NCBI GenBank assembly: GCA_951406725.2
Contig: OX597815.1
Coordinates: 66,650,001 to 66,714,000, forward strand
Direction of reading: 5' to 3'
Length of the DNA: 64,000 bases
Source: Octopus vulgaris
Lineage: Eukaryota
This document shows positions 40,071 through 53,555 of the stretch, piece after piece. The notes beneath the pieces were generated by a model. It was not told the origin of the DNA. It worked only from the letters and a program-made list of their open reading frames with translations, and made no database searches. The translations under genes were made by a program, and so were the position numbers. Every line of letters starts with the position of its first letter. Position 1 is the stretch's first letter.

Positions 40071-40311
40071 TCGCCGAGAATTAGATTTCCTTCACAAATA
40101 CTTATACTTTTTCCAGCGTCCACTGTCGCTGATATTGAAAAAGTGAAATCAAACAATGATAAATATCAAAGTGAGTTATATACAGTAGCGGTAACACATC
40201 GTGACGTATTTTTGCCATTTCAATATATATATATATATATAATAGAAATATTAAAATTACTAAGTCTCTCTAAGAATGCCATATTAGTATGGCGATAACT
40301 ATAACTATATA

Positions 40312-40610
40312 TCATCATCATCATCATCATCATCGTTTAACGTCCGTTTTCCGCGCTAGCACGGGTTGGACGGTTCGACCGGGGTCTGGGGAGCCAGAGG
40401 CTGTCCCAGGCTCCAGTCTGGTCTGGCAGTGTTTCTACAGCCGGATGCCCTTCCTAACGCCAACCACTCCGCGAGTGTAGTGGGTGCTTTTTACGTGCCA
40501 CCTGCACAGGTGCCAGAGGGGTCTGGCACCGGCCACGATCAGTTGGTGCTTTTTTTTTTTTTTTTTTTGTGCTACCGGCACAGAAGCCAGTCAAGGCGGT
40601 GCTGGCATCG
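40312..40610 (-). mobile_element. Short retroposon with (ATG)n tail and RTE-like 3' end
   Basis: (cat)n-cgtttaacgtcc...ggatgcccttcctaacgccaacc. A degenerate copy lies at about 53360-53480. Confidence 0.65.
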
Positions 40611-41420
40611 GGGGATGGGGGGAGGGTGCAGTAATATAGGGGAGCACCAGGGGGGGTGTACGGAGAAACGATGACAGGTTCTAGGCAAGTAGAACGTAGG
40701 ATATCACGAGGGGTAATATATGGTGAAATAGCGTATTGAAGAGGGGGGTTCGAGGAGTAGACACCCATAATGGTGGTGGGAGAAGAGATATCCGGTATAG
40801 ATGGAGCAAAATATAGAGATATCCGGTATTGGTAGTGGGGGTGGGCAAGGGCGGGTGCACCGCGAATGCGCGCGAAGTTGGAGAAATTATCAGCGCATAA
40901 AAATGAAGTATAATTTAGGGCGAAGTGATATGGAGAAGGGGAGAAATTGTCAGCACATGATAATAAGGGGATATTTTTGGGAAGACGATGTAAACAAACA
41001 GCAGAAAATTTTTTTTTAGCTTATCTATATCCTGGCATTGCTCGCAGCTAGATGAAAGAGTAAGAGCACATGGGGTGTCCTTTTAAGTATAGATTGACCG
41101 GAAGAGGATTTTGAGTTTCAAGGGCGGACAAGGCGGAAGTTTACTAAAGAAACAGACTTCAAGATGGCGAAGTTTGGGCAAATTATTGTGGATAATTGTC
41201 GTAGTAACATGGAGAAAAGGCAGAAATTATCAGCGCATAAAAATAAAGTATAATTTAGGGCGAAGAAGAGACAAAGTGATATGGAGAAATATATATATAT
41301 ATATATATATATCCATATATATGTATATATATGTATGTATGAGTGTGTATGTATATACATACATACATACATACATACATACATACATACATACATACAT
41401 ACATACATACATACATACAT

Positions 41421-41458
<38 letters not shown>

Positions 41459-41626
41459 TATATTGTTATTTAATTGAAAGCCACGCATCCATTTCCAAGT
41501 AAGTTTATCTTAATCTTTGATGCGACTCTATTCTATACTACTTTCTTTCTCATCCTTTCTCTAATTCTCCTTTTTTCTCCCTATTTACCGTTTTCTATCT
41601 GTCTCTCTCTCTCTCTCTCTTTCTCC

Positions 41627-41664
<38 letters not shown>

Positions 41665-42131
41665 GCTCACATATGACCATCGTCCATCTTTCTCTTGCTC
41701 ACGTGATAGACCAATACAAACACTACCACTTTCTTTTATTTCAGGACTGAGCTAAGGACAGCACGTATCCTATCTCTCCTATCTTTTCACTTGTCAAAGA
41801 AAATATTTCTCCAGCTTTCGTTATTTTACGCTCGTTCTGGTGATGTTTATTTTCGTTCGGTTTCTCGTATGTCTCCACTGTCCTGTTTTTGTTCCCAACT
41901 TTGTCCCTCCATAAATCTCAAATTTAATTTTGGTACTTATGGGAGCAACTGTCTTCGATGACTCATATTGTCTATCAATGCTCGAAATGAGGAGTAGATA
42001 GACAGCCAACCACTGATGAAGGGTCGTTCTTTATGTTACTTGTCCTGTTTTCCATTTGTTTCTCTTGTTTGGGTATTTATTTTCGTACCTCATGTTGTTT
42101 ACTGTTAGTGATATCTTGTACCCATATATGC

Positions 42132-42216
<85 letters not shown>

Positions 42217-42225
42217 CATAAATAT

Positions 42226-42290
<65 letters not shown>

Positions 42291-42378
42291 TTCTTTTATT
42301 TGTTTCCGTCATTTGACTGCGGCTTTAGTCGAGTTGTCGAGCAATGGTGGGGCGAACAAACAAATACACACACATACA

Positions 42379-42459
<81 letters not shown>

Positions 42460-42540
42460 GACGGGTTTCTTTCAGTTTCCCTCTACCAAATCCACTTACA
42501 AGGCTTTGGTCGGTCCAAGGCTATAGTAGAAGACACTTGC

Positions 42541-43862
42541 CCGAGCATAGTTATACTTCGGAAACAGGAAACACAGGAAAGTCCAAAGGAAAGAAGGAGG
42601 AAAAAAGTAGCCAACAGTCCACGTGTAGATACATTTTTGAAAGTGCTTTTTGGGACAGGAGATTGTGAAGAATGGTTGGTATCTTTTGTGTGCGTGCATG
42701 CGCGCGTATGTGGTGGAATTTGTTTGTTTGTGTGATAGCATGTGTGTATGGTACCATGTGTGCGTGTGTGGCAGTAACTGAGTGTATGTGTGTATACCTA
42801 GTAGCACGTGTGCGTATCGTGGTTACATGTGTGTGTAATATCGTAGTGAGTGATCAGCAGCTATAGTGACATGTTTGTATAGGTGGGTGTGGCAGTGTGT
42901 GTATGTGTATTTTAGCACGTGTGCGTAGATGGAATGGTCAATAGTGAGTCGGGGCAGTTCAACGAATGTATGAGAGGCAATCTGAAGGGTGTGTGAATGG
43001 GTGGATGTGTGTGTGCGTGTATTTGTGCATGCATGTGTGCATGTCCGTACGTGAAAGGGAAAGTGAGTGCGTCGTCTCAACGGTGTGTGATGGGTGAGGG
43101 TGGCTGTGTGTGTGTGTATCTGTGTCTACCTATCTCTGTGTGTCACTCTGTTGCTACCTCTCTCAGTATATATATATGGGTGTGTGTGTGTGTGTGTGTA
43201 CGCATGTGTGTATATGTGTGCGTTGTGTGTTGTGTGTGTGATTGTCTGGATGTATGTGCGTGTGTGTATGTATGCATGTGTGAGTTGTGCGGAGGATAGA
43301 CACGCACCTCACATACACCCATACACGTGCACACACATACACATCCCCACTCCTTCAACGTACATATGCTAACACACACACATACACAGCCACCCTCACC
43401 CATTCACACAGCGTTCAGACAATGTACCCACACTTTTCTCCCTTTCAGGCACGCACACACATACACACATGCGCGCGTGCGCGCACGAATGCACATCCAC
43501 CCATTCACATACCCTTCAGGATGCTTTAGACTGCCTCTCACACACCCTTCAGACTGTCTGGACTCACTATTGACATTTCATCTATACACACGTGCTAAAA
43601 TGCACATATATACACACACAAAGACGCACGTGCACACACACACTGCCACAGCCACCCATACATACATCTGTCGCTATAGCTGCTGATTTCTTATTACGAT
43701 ATTACACACACAATTACCACCACATGCACATATGCTACCGCGCACACGCACACAGACACACGCTATCATACACACACACACACACAGGTGATATGAAAAA
43801 CTTAGTTCAATAAAAAGAAAAAAATACTTTTCACTATCCAATCAAGACCACATCCACCACCA

Positions 43863-43942
<80 letters not shown>

Positions 43943-44640
43943 TTCTTTAACCTCACCATCAGAACATCACTCCTCTACTCAAATTATTTCTAACTGTCCA
44001 TCTCTATATCACTACCTTCAACTAAGGAAAAGAAGGAAGGAAAATATCGCCAATGATCCACGTGCGATTACATTTTTGAAGTAACTGGAAGCAGGAAGAC
44101 AAGGACAAAGTGCTTTCTGGGATAGGATGCACACACACACTTAATACCACGCGCACACACACATGCTATCACACATACACGCATGCTACCATACACACAC
44201 ACAGTTAATACCACACACCGCATATACACACACGCTACCACGCACGCACGCACACACACGGAGTTACTTCCACACACACATGCTACCATACATGCAAACG
44301 CTATCGCACACACACATACACACACACACGCCACCATACACACACACATACCGACCATCTTCACACTCTCCTGTCCCAGAAAGCATTGTTTTCCTTGCTC
44401 TACTTCTGGTAACTTCAAAAATGTAACCGTACGTGGATTATTGGCGATTTTTTCCTTCCTTCTTTTCCCTTTGGACTTTCCTGTTTTTCCTGTTTCCGAA
44501 GAAGCGCTATGCTCGAAACGTAAAACAACTACCTTTTTCCTTCTCCGAGCGTCATATTAATACTTTGCTTGTCCTCACGTTAGTTTGGGTTTTTTTTTGT
44601 TTTTTACTCCCCCGTTTGTTTTCTGTTTTTCGAATTAATT
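42541..44640. repeat. Composite nested inverted repeat with cryptic (TG)/(CA) arms
   Basis: 42541-42690 is the reverse complement of 44345-44517, and a third copy lies at 44020-44130. 42780-43110 is mirrored by 43380-43770. Confidence 0.7.
44491..44527 (+). ncRNA. Degenerate minimal hammerhead-like motif
   Basis: UGUUU-CCGAAGA-A-GCGC-UAU-GCUC-GAAA-CG-UA-AAACA. Confidence 0.45.
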
Positions 44641-45289
44641 ATATATATAGAGAGAGAGGGAGTGAGAGATAAGGGGAGGTAGGGAGAGGGGAGGAGATGA
44701 GAGATCTTTCTTGGATGCTAGTGAAGTGTCAGTAATTGTATATCAACAGAAGACACGCTATGACATGTTTTAGTCTGGCGGGTGATACACATGTGGAAAC
44801 CTGCTTATGCTGGATAATGCCAATATATAGATAAAGAGGGGAAAGAGAGTGCAACCTCGTTATATTCCTTTTTCTACGATTAATGCTCTACTCTTAATTC
44901 TTATACTTTTTGCTTGTTTCACTTATTCGGCTGCGACCATACTGGTGTACCGCCTTTGAATAAATTGATTCCAGTACTTAAATTTGGTACTTATTCTATC
45001 GGTGTCTTTTGCCGAACCGCTAATTACAAACCAACACCGATTATCACACGGTGGGGGTGGACACACAAACACAAACATATATACAACGGCTTCTACAGAG
45101 TTTCCGTCTACAAGATTCACTCACGAGGAATTGCCAAAAGTACCGCAAAATCACACAGTTGCAAAGCTACCGTCTTGACCACACTGACATGTCTGAGCCG
45201 ATTAATTTTTTTTTCTCCAGCCCAAGGACTCAAAGCCAGTAACCCAGTTTCCATGGCGTATAAGTGATGCTAGTCGCAGTGTTTAAGGC

Positions 45290-47220
45290 CAGCAATTTTG
45301 AGAGGAGGGAGCAAGTCGACTACATCACCCCCTCTAATTGACTAGTACTTTATTTAATCGACTCCAAAAGGATGAATGGCAGAGGCAACCTTGGCGGAAT
45401 TTGAACACAGAACGTAAAAAACATGTAAAACTGTCGCTAAGCATGTTGCCTGACGTGCTCACAATTCTGCCAGTTCGCCGCTTTCAGTTATTAATTAGTT
45501 TGTAATTATTAATTTCGTGATTAAGCTTTTCAATAAGGAAAGAAAGACGCTCAGTGCATTCACTTACTGAATAAGTTTCAATGTAGTGAATGCACCAGTT
45601 GAGTTCATTTCCCACCCATGGAGTCCAACAGTCAAGACTCATATCTACAAAGACTTCTTCAACTCTCAACGAACCATAACTCACCATATTTGATTTCTTT
45701 TCTTAAAATGTAAATGCTTAAGGAGTTCATTTTGGATAATTTTATCTATTGAAATGAATTTGTATTATGGAACTTTATTTTTTTCTTTTTAGAGAATAAA
45801 GCAGCGAGCTGGTACAATCGTTAACACGCCGGATAAAATGTTTAACAGTGTTTCTTCCGGCTCTTTACGTTCTAAGTTCAAATGCCACCGAGGTCAACTG
45901 TATCTTTCATCCTTTCTGGGTCGATCAAATAAAATACCAGTTGAGCACTAGTATTCGAATTATCTCTCCCCACTACAAACTGCTGCCTTTGTGCCAAAAT
46001 TTGAAACTATTGTTATGTAGCAGAACTGTTAGAGCATCGGAGAAATGATGCTTTGCAATATTTATTCCGGTTCTAAGTTCAAATCCCACCGTGGTTAACT
46101 TTGCCTTTCATCCTCTCGAGAACGATAAAATAAAGTGTAATCGACTAGCCCTTTCCTCCAAATTTCATTTCCCTATATGAGAAACAATTTGGCAGAATCA
46201 TTCGCACGCCGGAAAATATAGTTTGCAATATTTCTTCCCAGCATTTTACGTTCTGGATTCAAGCCAGCCGAGGTCAACTTTGCATTGTATCCCTCTAGGG
46301 TGATTAAAAGATTGTGCTAGTCACGTACTGGAAACGATGGCTATCGACTAACCCCTCCCCTCAAAACTGTGTTAGTCTTGTTCTTATACAATATTATTGC
46401 TTCTGATTTAAGCAGAAGGCCAGAAAGTTTTGAGGGGAGGGGGTTAGTCGTCATCATTGATGCGGTTAATTTTTTCGATTTTGAAGAGATGAAAGGCAAA
46501 AATTGACCTTGGCGGGATTTGAACACGAAATATAAAGAGCAGCATATTACGAAACATTTTCGCGACTCTTAATAATCCTTTCTATTATAGGTACAAGGCC
46601 TGAAATTTGGTGGGGGGAGGGCTAGTTGATTATATCGACTCCAGTGCTGAGCTAGTACTTACTTTATCGACCTTGAAAGGATGAAAAGCAAAGTCGACCT
46701 CGGCATAATCTGAACTCAGAACGTAAAGACGGACGAAATACCTATTTCTTTACTACCCACAAGGGACTAAACACAGAGAGGACAAACAAGGACAGACAAA
46801 CGGATTAAATCGGTTATATCGACTCTAGTGCGTGACTGGTACTTAATTTGTCGACCCAGAAAGGATGAAAGGCAAAGTCGACCTCGGCGGAATTTGAACT
46901 CAGAACGTTACGGCAGACGAAATACGGCTACGCATTTCGCCCGGCCTGCTAACGTTTCTGCCAGCCCGCCGCCAGCGACTCTTAATAATAAAAACAGAAA
47001 ACTTCGCGGTATTTGTTTTCGTTTATACGCTCTGGGTTCAAATTCTACCTGGGTCTTCTTTGCTTTTCAGCCTTTCAATGTTGGTAAACTAAAATATGGA
47101 CTAAACCCTCTTTCAAACTTGTAGGCTTTATACTGAAATCTGAAACCGTTATAACCATTATTATTGATAAAACACAGTCCCCCCTCGCTCAAAATTGCTG
47201 ACCTTGTGTTTAAATTGGAA
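45290..47220. mobile_element. Cluster of about 8 SINE family C copies in both orientations
   Basis: Repeated ttctgagttcaaattccgccgaggtcgactttgcctttcatcc core. The best-preserved copy is 46740-46972 (-). Confidence 0.85.
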
Positions 47221-47987
47221 ACTATTAACCAGATGACAATTTTTTTTAATGATGAAAGGAATTACTAATAACTAAAATAAAGTTCTTAGACACGAAACAT
47301 ATATAGAGAAAAAATAGTGGAGTTTATTTTTTGCAGTCAACGTTCTGTCAGTGAGCACTTACGTCGCTCATCTTTTTTATGTGTGGTAGACCTGTGTTGT
47401 TCGGCTAGTGATCAACATGTACCTCCAATATGGGTTGGGCGAAATAATATGAAGGGAAAAGAAACACCGGCCTAGTAAGTAGTTCGTTGTCACAGTAAGT
47501 GCAACCATGCAATAGTATCATGAGACGTAAAAGATCATGCGAAGAAGGAAAAACAGAAACTATTGACGATTTTAATGACACTCCTATAGAATAAAAAAGG
47601 AAATAGAAAACATTTCACAGCTATTGTAGCATCAGTGTCAGACGGGAGGATCTCCACGCAGAAATAATGGCGTAGATTAGTTCGCAGTTTATTATATTGA
47701 CTCACTCGAGTGGTAACATTTTGTTTTTGTTTTTTTGTTTTCTGGAGATAGGGGCAGGGCCCATGACCTATTTAGGCGTTCGAGGTTGGTGAGTGTGATG
47801 TCGTTAATGTTCCATTTAAGCTATTGCATGTCAACACAAGTAGGAAAGACGAACAAGGATAAGATTCCAGTGGGCACGGCACTTTGAGTAAGTGCCTTCT
47901 AGTATAGTCCGGGCAGACCAATGCCTTGTGAATGAATTTGGAAGACAAAAACTGTGTGGAAACCCTTCGTATATACAAGTATATATA

Positions 47988-48887
47988 CAGAGTGTTCGGG
48001 CTAAATTTGACAGCTTGCGTAAAAGAAAAAGAAACCAAATAGCCCATCCAAAAATAAAGTACAGTAAAATTTCAAAAGATATCAACTAGATTATGGCTAG
48101 GAGATAATAGCTTAATCAAAGTAGCCGCTCTCAGCTTCCACCACAGCCTCATGACGGCTCCGGTAACCGGGGCATACGTTCTTCACTGTATCCCCGGGAA
48201 GATCTTCGAACGCCTCCTTGATCTTGGCCATCAGCTCGGCTTGGTGTTGCAGGCAGAGCGGTTGGTATCTTTCTTAACTGCACTCCACACATAGTTATCC
48301 ATGGGATTTCAATCAGAGGAATTAGGAGGCCAGAAATTGGGGCTGGTGAAGCCATTGAAATTCTCCGACAACCACATCTGACTCTTTTCAGGGGTATGGC
48401 AAGGAGCCGAATCCTGCCGCCACACATAGGGTCTTCTTACAGCGACTGTATCCAGCTAGAGTTTGACCACAGTCTCCAGCAGCTTCATATACCCATCTGA
48501 ACTGAGTCGAAGGCCCTGTTCAAAGATGTGGGGCGGCATGACGTCACCCTCCCTGGAGAGACACCCAAAGAGCATCACAGTTTGGGGGAGACTTGGCTTT
48601 CATGATGTCCATGTCATGTCTTACAGCCTTTACAGTAATCACAGAGCACTAAGCAGCAGTCATAGTGCTGCTTTTGATACCATTTTGATATCAGCTCGAA
48701 TCATCACAACACAAGTAACTCTTTTCCATTGTTCAAGTAGCTTCCAGTCTTCCATGTCAGCTAGCTTTTTCTCAACAACAACTTTAATCCTTATGCTTTC
48801 CAACGCCGTTAACTGTTCACCAATGCATCAAGCTGTTATTAAAAGTTAGGAGATATAAAAGTCGTCAAATTTATCCCAAACACTCTA
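47988..48887 (-). mobile_element. Tc1/mariner (maT/DD37D-like) element, deleted, with TIRs
   Basis: TIRs cagagtgttcgggctaaatttgac and gtcaaatttatcccaaacactcta. Translation gives VMLFGCLSREGDVMPPHIFEQGLR, RPYVWRQDSAPCH, WPPNSSDxNPMDNYVW and VVEAESGYFD*. Confidence 0.88.
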
Positions 48888-49062
48888 CATAAGGCTGTGT
48901 GTTTGACTTTGTGTTTGTTAGTTTGTTCCCAACGTGTGTGTCTGTGTATGCGCGAGCGCGTTTTATGTCAAGTTATAAATAAAAACAATTTAACATTAAA
49001 TTGAAGGATTACTCACTACTTTTTCAATGCGTGTTTAATAAACTTTTAGAAGGAAAATGTTG

Positions 49063-49102
49063 ATAGTGACTTCGAAGTTTCGGCTTGACCTCGTCAGACT
49101 GT
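49063..49102 (-). ncRNA. Minimal hammerhead ribozyme
   Basis: AGU-CUGACGA-GGU-CAA-GCC-GAAA-CUUCGAAG-UC^ACU. Intact core and palindromic stem III, but a short stem I. Confidence 0.65.
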
Positions 49103-49840
49103 TTGACACGAAGGCAAGTAAGCCGAAAATTCCGAAAATTCCATGTTACTATAAAACTTTGCCTTCTAAAATTGTGTATATATATATATATACATTCACG
49201 CGCGCGCGCGCACACACTCACACACACACACACACACACACACATGAATATATATATGCATATGAATTTTATGCATAACTCCTAAGAGTCTACGTTCTCC
49301 TTATTCTTTAAATATATAAATATATGAACCACGGTTTAAATGGTTACCTTACAGTACTTTCACTGGATTTATGATCCCTTTATGAAGTTTATTACCTTTA
49401 CTTGATTATGTGTGTGTGTTTGTGTGTGTAAATTTCATCCGAGTGTTAACCCTGGAATTTACTTTATTATGCTCATCAACGTGTACAGGCTATCAGACAA
49501 TACTTAAAATCGGTGGCTTATCGTTTTACAGATCAAACTTATGAAAATCCACAAATATCCGTAGAGCTTACATAATTATTCACAAGGAAAATGGAGTGAG
49601 CAAATTGTTTTATTACATAACTTTACAATTGTTTCATCGATATTCGGTCTCAAGGTTATTGCTATATTGTATAATATATGCAACTAAGATTCCTGAGGTA
49701 TCATTATACTGATATAATCGAACGTAGACTCTTAGGAATTATGCATAAAATTCATATATATATTCAATATGTGACCGCGTGTGTATCGTTGGCGATTTTT
49801 TTCCTCCGTCTTCCCTTCCTTGGATCTTTCCTTTTCCTAT

Positions 49841-49875
49841 GTTTCTGACGAAGAGCTCCGCTCGAAACGTTAAAT
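49841..49875 (+). ncRNA. Minimal (dimer-type) hammerhead-like motif within a ~210-bp dispersed repeat
   Basis: GUUU-CUGACGA-A-GAGC-UCC-GCUC-GAAA-CG-UU-AAAU. Stem III is reduced to the palindrome AACGUU. Confidence 0.55.
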
Positions 49876-49972
49876 CCTCCTTCTTTCTTTCCTTTCTTGA
49901 GCGTCCAATAACACTATACTTGTTCCACGTCCTCGCGTTGTTGTGTTTTCTTTTTGTGTTTTCATTTTGGAT

Positions 49973-50016
<44 letters not shown>

Positions 50017-50735
50017 CGATGGAACTCGAAATAGGTAAAGTTATAAATAACATCTTTTTTCACATCTTTATCTAATAGTATAAACATTTGGTAAAAAAAA
50101 AAAAAGACCCTTGGATGAAAAAGATCGAAGACTACCCGTGGTACTCGGAACCACGCTACTATTTGTAGCTTTATCTACTTCCATCATTAATCTCCTGCAG
50201 ACATCATGCTCATGGGAAAAGAAGATACTCACCATTGGAATACCTCTGATCATAGATCTGCTCGATCAGGACTAACTTAGGTGGGTAGGTGAGTGGGTGG
50301 GAATAGACAATAATAGCAACAATAATCTCGTGAATCGATCCTTCCAGTGGAAAAGCAGACTGAAGAGTATACTGGCGGATAAAGTAGAATAAAATATTCG
50401 GAAAAACTGACTTAAGCAGCACAACTGACGTAAGCACAAACAAATTACGCGATAGCATCACGGGATATGGAATTCACGTGACACACCAAAAAAAAAAAAA
50501 AGCTAGTGACTTTATTGGACACTCCTCTAGAAAAAGGAAATAGGAATGACATTTTCACAGTTTTTGTAACATCAGTTTCGACTTTCACAAGACAGTGGGG
50601 ACATCTGACATTATTTTCGTTTTGGTTTTTGATTCATATCTAACTGCGGCCTTTCACTAAGTAATTTTAATTCAGTTTTTACTTGTAAATACATTATAAC
50701 CCACGTTAGTGGTTGTGTGTGTCTGTGGTGTGTGT

Positions 50736-50797
<62 letters not shown>

Positions 50798-51479
50798 TCT
50801 GTGTCTGTGTCTGTGTCTGTGTGTTGGGTGGGTGTGAGATATTTAATTTGTTTTAAAGCTTCAACGAAAATATTGATGCTGATAGTGATGAATATCCGCT
50901 GTTTGATGAGGAGGATTTTAGTTGTTCGAAAACTGAATTACCTGCGCCTGGACTAACATAAAAGTAGCTGAGTATTCCGCAGTAGGGATCTAGTGTTCCT
51001 CACTCGCAAAATGGGCCCCACTTAATTTTGCTCAGATTGCTTTCAATTTTGGTGTATCGATGCAACTCTGAATTTTGATTTCGATCAACCAATTACTTTA
51101 TCTCGTTAATTAAAGAATCTGATGTTATTTGGAATTAAATTTGGGAAATTTGAGTAATTTTAGCCAATCAACAGACAACGTGGCATTAGTAGCTTGTTAC
51201 AATGACAACTGCACGATGTGTTGTGGTTCACTGTTGTCTTTACCACTGTTATCTATGTTGATTTTTCACATTTGATTCTTCACGCCACGAGATTCTTTTC
51301 GCCCGCGTGTTTTGTTTTAATTTGTCTATATGTTAGTATATTACATATTTTTCTGTGCTTCTGTGTTAGTATCTTTCTGTGCTTTTTCTGTGAGTTAGTA
51401 TTTTTACATATTTTTCATTTCATTTTGGGTCTCAGCTGCATTTATGATTTCACTAGGTTAATTCTATTCATAAAGATTT

Positions 51480-51687
51480 AAATTAGGAGTATATCTGAAA
51501 CCGGTGGCTTCACATTGCAACGGCTTAACTGAAATTTAGCCCACGTAACAGGAACTGAGATGGATATCATGAAACAGAGAAACTGTGGATGATAGAGATG
51601 ATTTGACATTATTTTTGAATTCTGCATGCAAAAACATATGAAATACAAGTATTCTTTTCCTTGGGACAAATTCTTTGTTGACCAGTG
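51480..51687 (+). mobile_element. Possible Chapaev3-like DNA transposon 3' end
   Basis: Ends ...gttgaccagtg|tta (CACTG terminus, TWA flank). The other end was not found. Confidence 0.4.
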
Positions 51688-51980
51688 TTATTCTTATCGT
51701 AGTTTACAAATCCAAGCATGAAAACGTTAATCAACTTAGGAGTTTTTGGAGACAGATGCCACCTTTTCGTGCGCGCGCGCACGCACACACACAGCACACA
51801 TACATGCACTTATATATTAATGATGTACATAAATACATGACAGGTATACATTATACTGAAGTACGCATAAAGTAAACACATGCAGACAAATATATTAATA
51901 TAACAAATTTTTAAAAATGATAAAGCATACAATCAATGAAGAGACAAAAGGAACAGTAAGATGATACATGTTGATTTTAT

Positions 51981-52089
51981 TAGGTATTTCTGTTTATTTA
52001 GAATCCTACAATGAAATTAGGTTTCTCTGTTTATTTAGAATCCTACAATGAAATTAGGTATTTCTGTTTATTTAGAAACCTACAATGAA
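51981..52089. repeat. 37-bp minisatellite x3
   Basis: taggtatttctgtttatttagaatcctacaatgaaat repeated three times. Confidence 0.9.
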
Positions 52090-52374
52090 CAGGTCAGACG
52101 CTAAACTATAAATTTCACAGGGCACAACCTTAAAGTTGACACCGTTCCGCTAAACGCAGAAAACTTCTGTCTCGCTATTGGCTAAAATACCCAGTTTTTT
52201 TCGATTTTTAAACCTCGGTAGCCTTTTTCTCCAATTTTTTTTCTCCACAATATCATACCTTCAAAGCAATGAGACTGGAAGTATAGATTATTATAGCTGA
52301 TATTCAGATTTTTTACTTCTTTTAAAAAGATGCATATTTTGTGAATGAAAAAAAAAAAAACTAGATCCCACAGT

Positions 52375-52790
52375 AGGTGCAGGCATGACTGTGTGGCTAA
52401 AAAGATCGATTTGCAACCGCAAGCACGTGGCTTCGGGTTCAGTAACACTGAGCGGCACTTTAGGCAGGTGTCTTCCACCATAGCCCGGGACCGACTAATG
52501 CCTTGTGAGTGAATTTGGTAGAAGGAAACTATGTGGAAGACGTCGTGTGTTTTTGTATATGTGCGTATGTACATGTTTTTGTATCTGTATTTGTCCCACA
52601 ACCACCATGTCACAACCGGTGTAGGTTTGTTTACATCCCCATAACTTAGTAGTTTGTCCAAAGAGAACCAATTGAATAGGTACCAAGCTTTAAAAATAAG
52701 TACTGGGATCTTTGTTCGACTAAGCCCTTCAAGGTAGTACCTCAGCATGACCATTGTCCAATGATTGAGACAGTGGCCATGTAAAAGACA
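52375..52790 (+). mobile_element. SINE family A (older)
   Basis: Full-length degenerate copy. Confidence 0.8.
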
Positions 52791-52812
52791 AAATATCTGA
52801 ATACCATGCTAA

Positions 52813-52847
<35 letters not shown>

Positions 52848-53555
52848 GTTGAAAGACATGATGCTGTAGTTTCCGAATGTATATACATTGGTGAATGTTA
52901 TGTTGTGGTGTGCATATACACCGTTGAAAGGTATGAATTCTGTGCCAAAAATAGCAGCATCATTTCTATACATTCAGTATGATACAAAAATAGAGACTTT
53001 AATTTAATGCTGCTTGAATTACGTACATCGAACTTTATTCAGCCATGCAAGCTCTCCGCAATATCAATGAATGTCTTACTGACTGTTCATCTTATTTCAG
53101 AGGAGACACATTTCGTTTAAGCATGTGACTACCAAGTACACATCATTGACAAGGGCCAAGATGACCGAAACGGGTTTGACAGTCTCATGAGTCACTTGCT
53201 GGGTTGGAGTTCGCCCCATTCCGATATATTTTGTGCTTTTAACACAACATTTTTATGAAGAGATTTTCTCTCTGATAAAAACTAAAGCATTATGCCCTCC
53301 AACGATGTATATACATTAAATATGATATTTAATGTATGATACACAGTTTGTTATATAAATCATCGTTTTACCGTCTACTTTCCAAAGCTTGTATGGGTCA
53401 CAGAAAATCTATTGAGGCAAATATATTACAGCTGGATATTCTTCCTATAACTAATCTTCATCTGTATCTAAGTTAAGTAATACTTCTCATAGTCATTAAT
53501 ACCAACTATCTAGAAGAGCTTGGGCAGTACATGGGCACTGCCTCTTCCTCTAGAT

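Larger units (their letters stand above)
39095..40226 (-). mobile_element. Tandem array of a 353/354-bp hammerhead-ribozyme-containing unit (putative non-LTR retrozyme): 3 full units plus a 72-bp partial unit
   Basis: Units start at 39095, 39448, 39801 and 40155 (aatgataaatatcaaagtgag) and differ by only about 3 substitutions and 1 indel. Each full unit has a canonical HHR on the minus strand. The array is flanked by (TA)n on both sides. Confidence 0.85.

Noticed and set aside
39261-40156. Three repeated 62-63 aa ORFs on the minus strand
   Set aside because: Non-ATG start, no recognisable motif, and they overlap the HHR. The repeat is better explained as structured RNA.
39095-40226. CRISPR-like array
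   Set aside because: Units are 353 bp with no unique spacers, and the context is eukaryotic.
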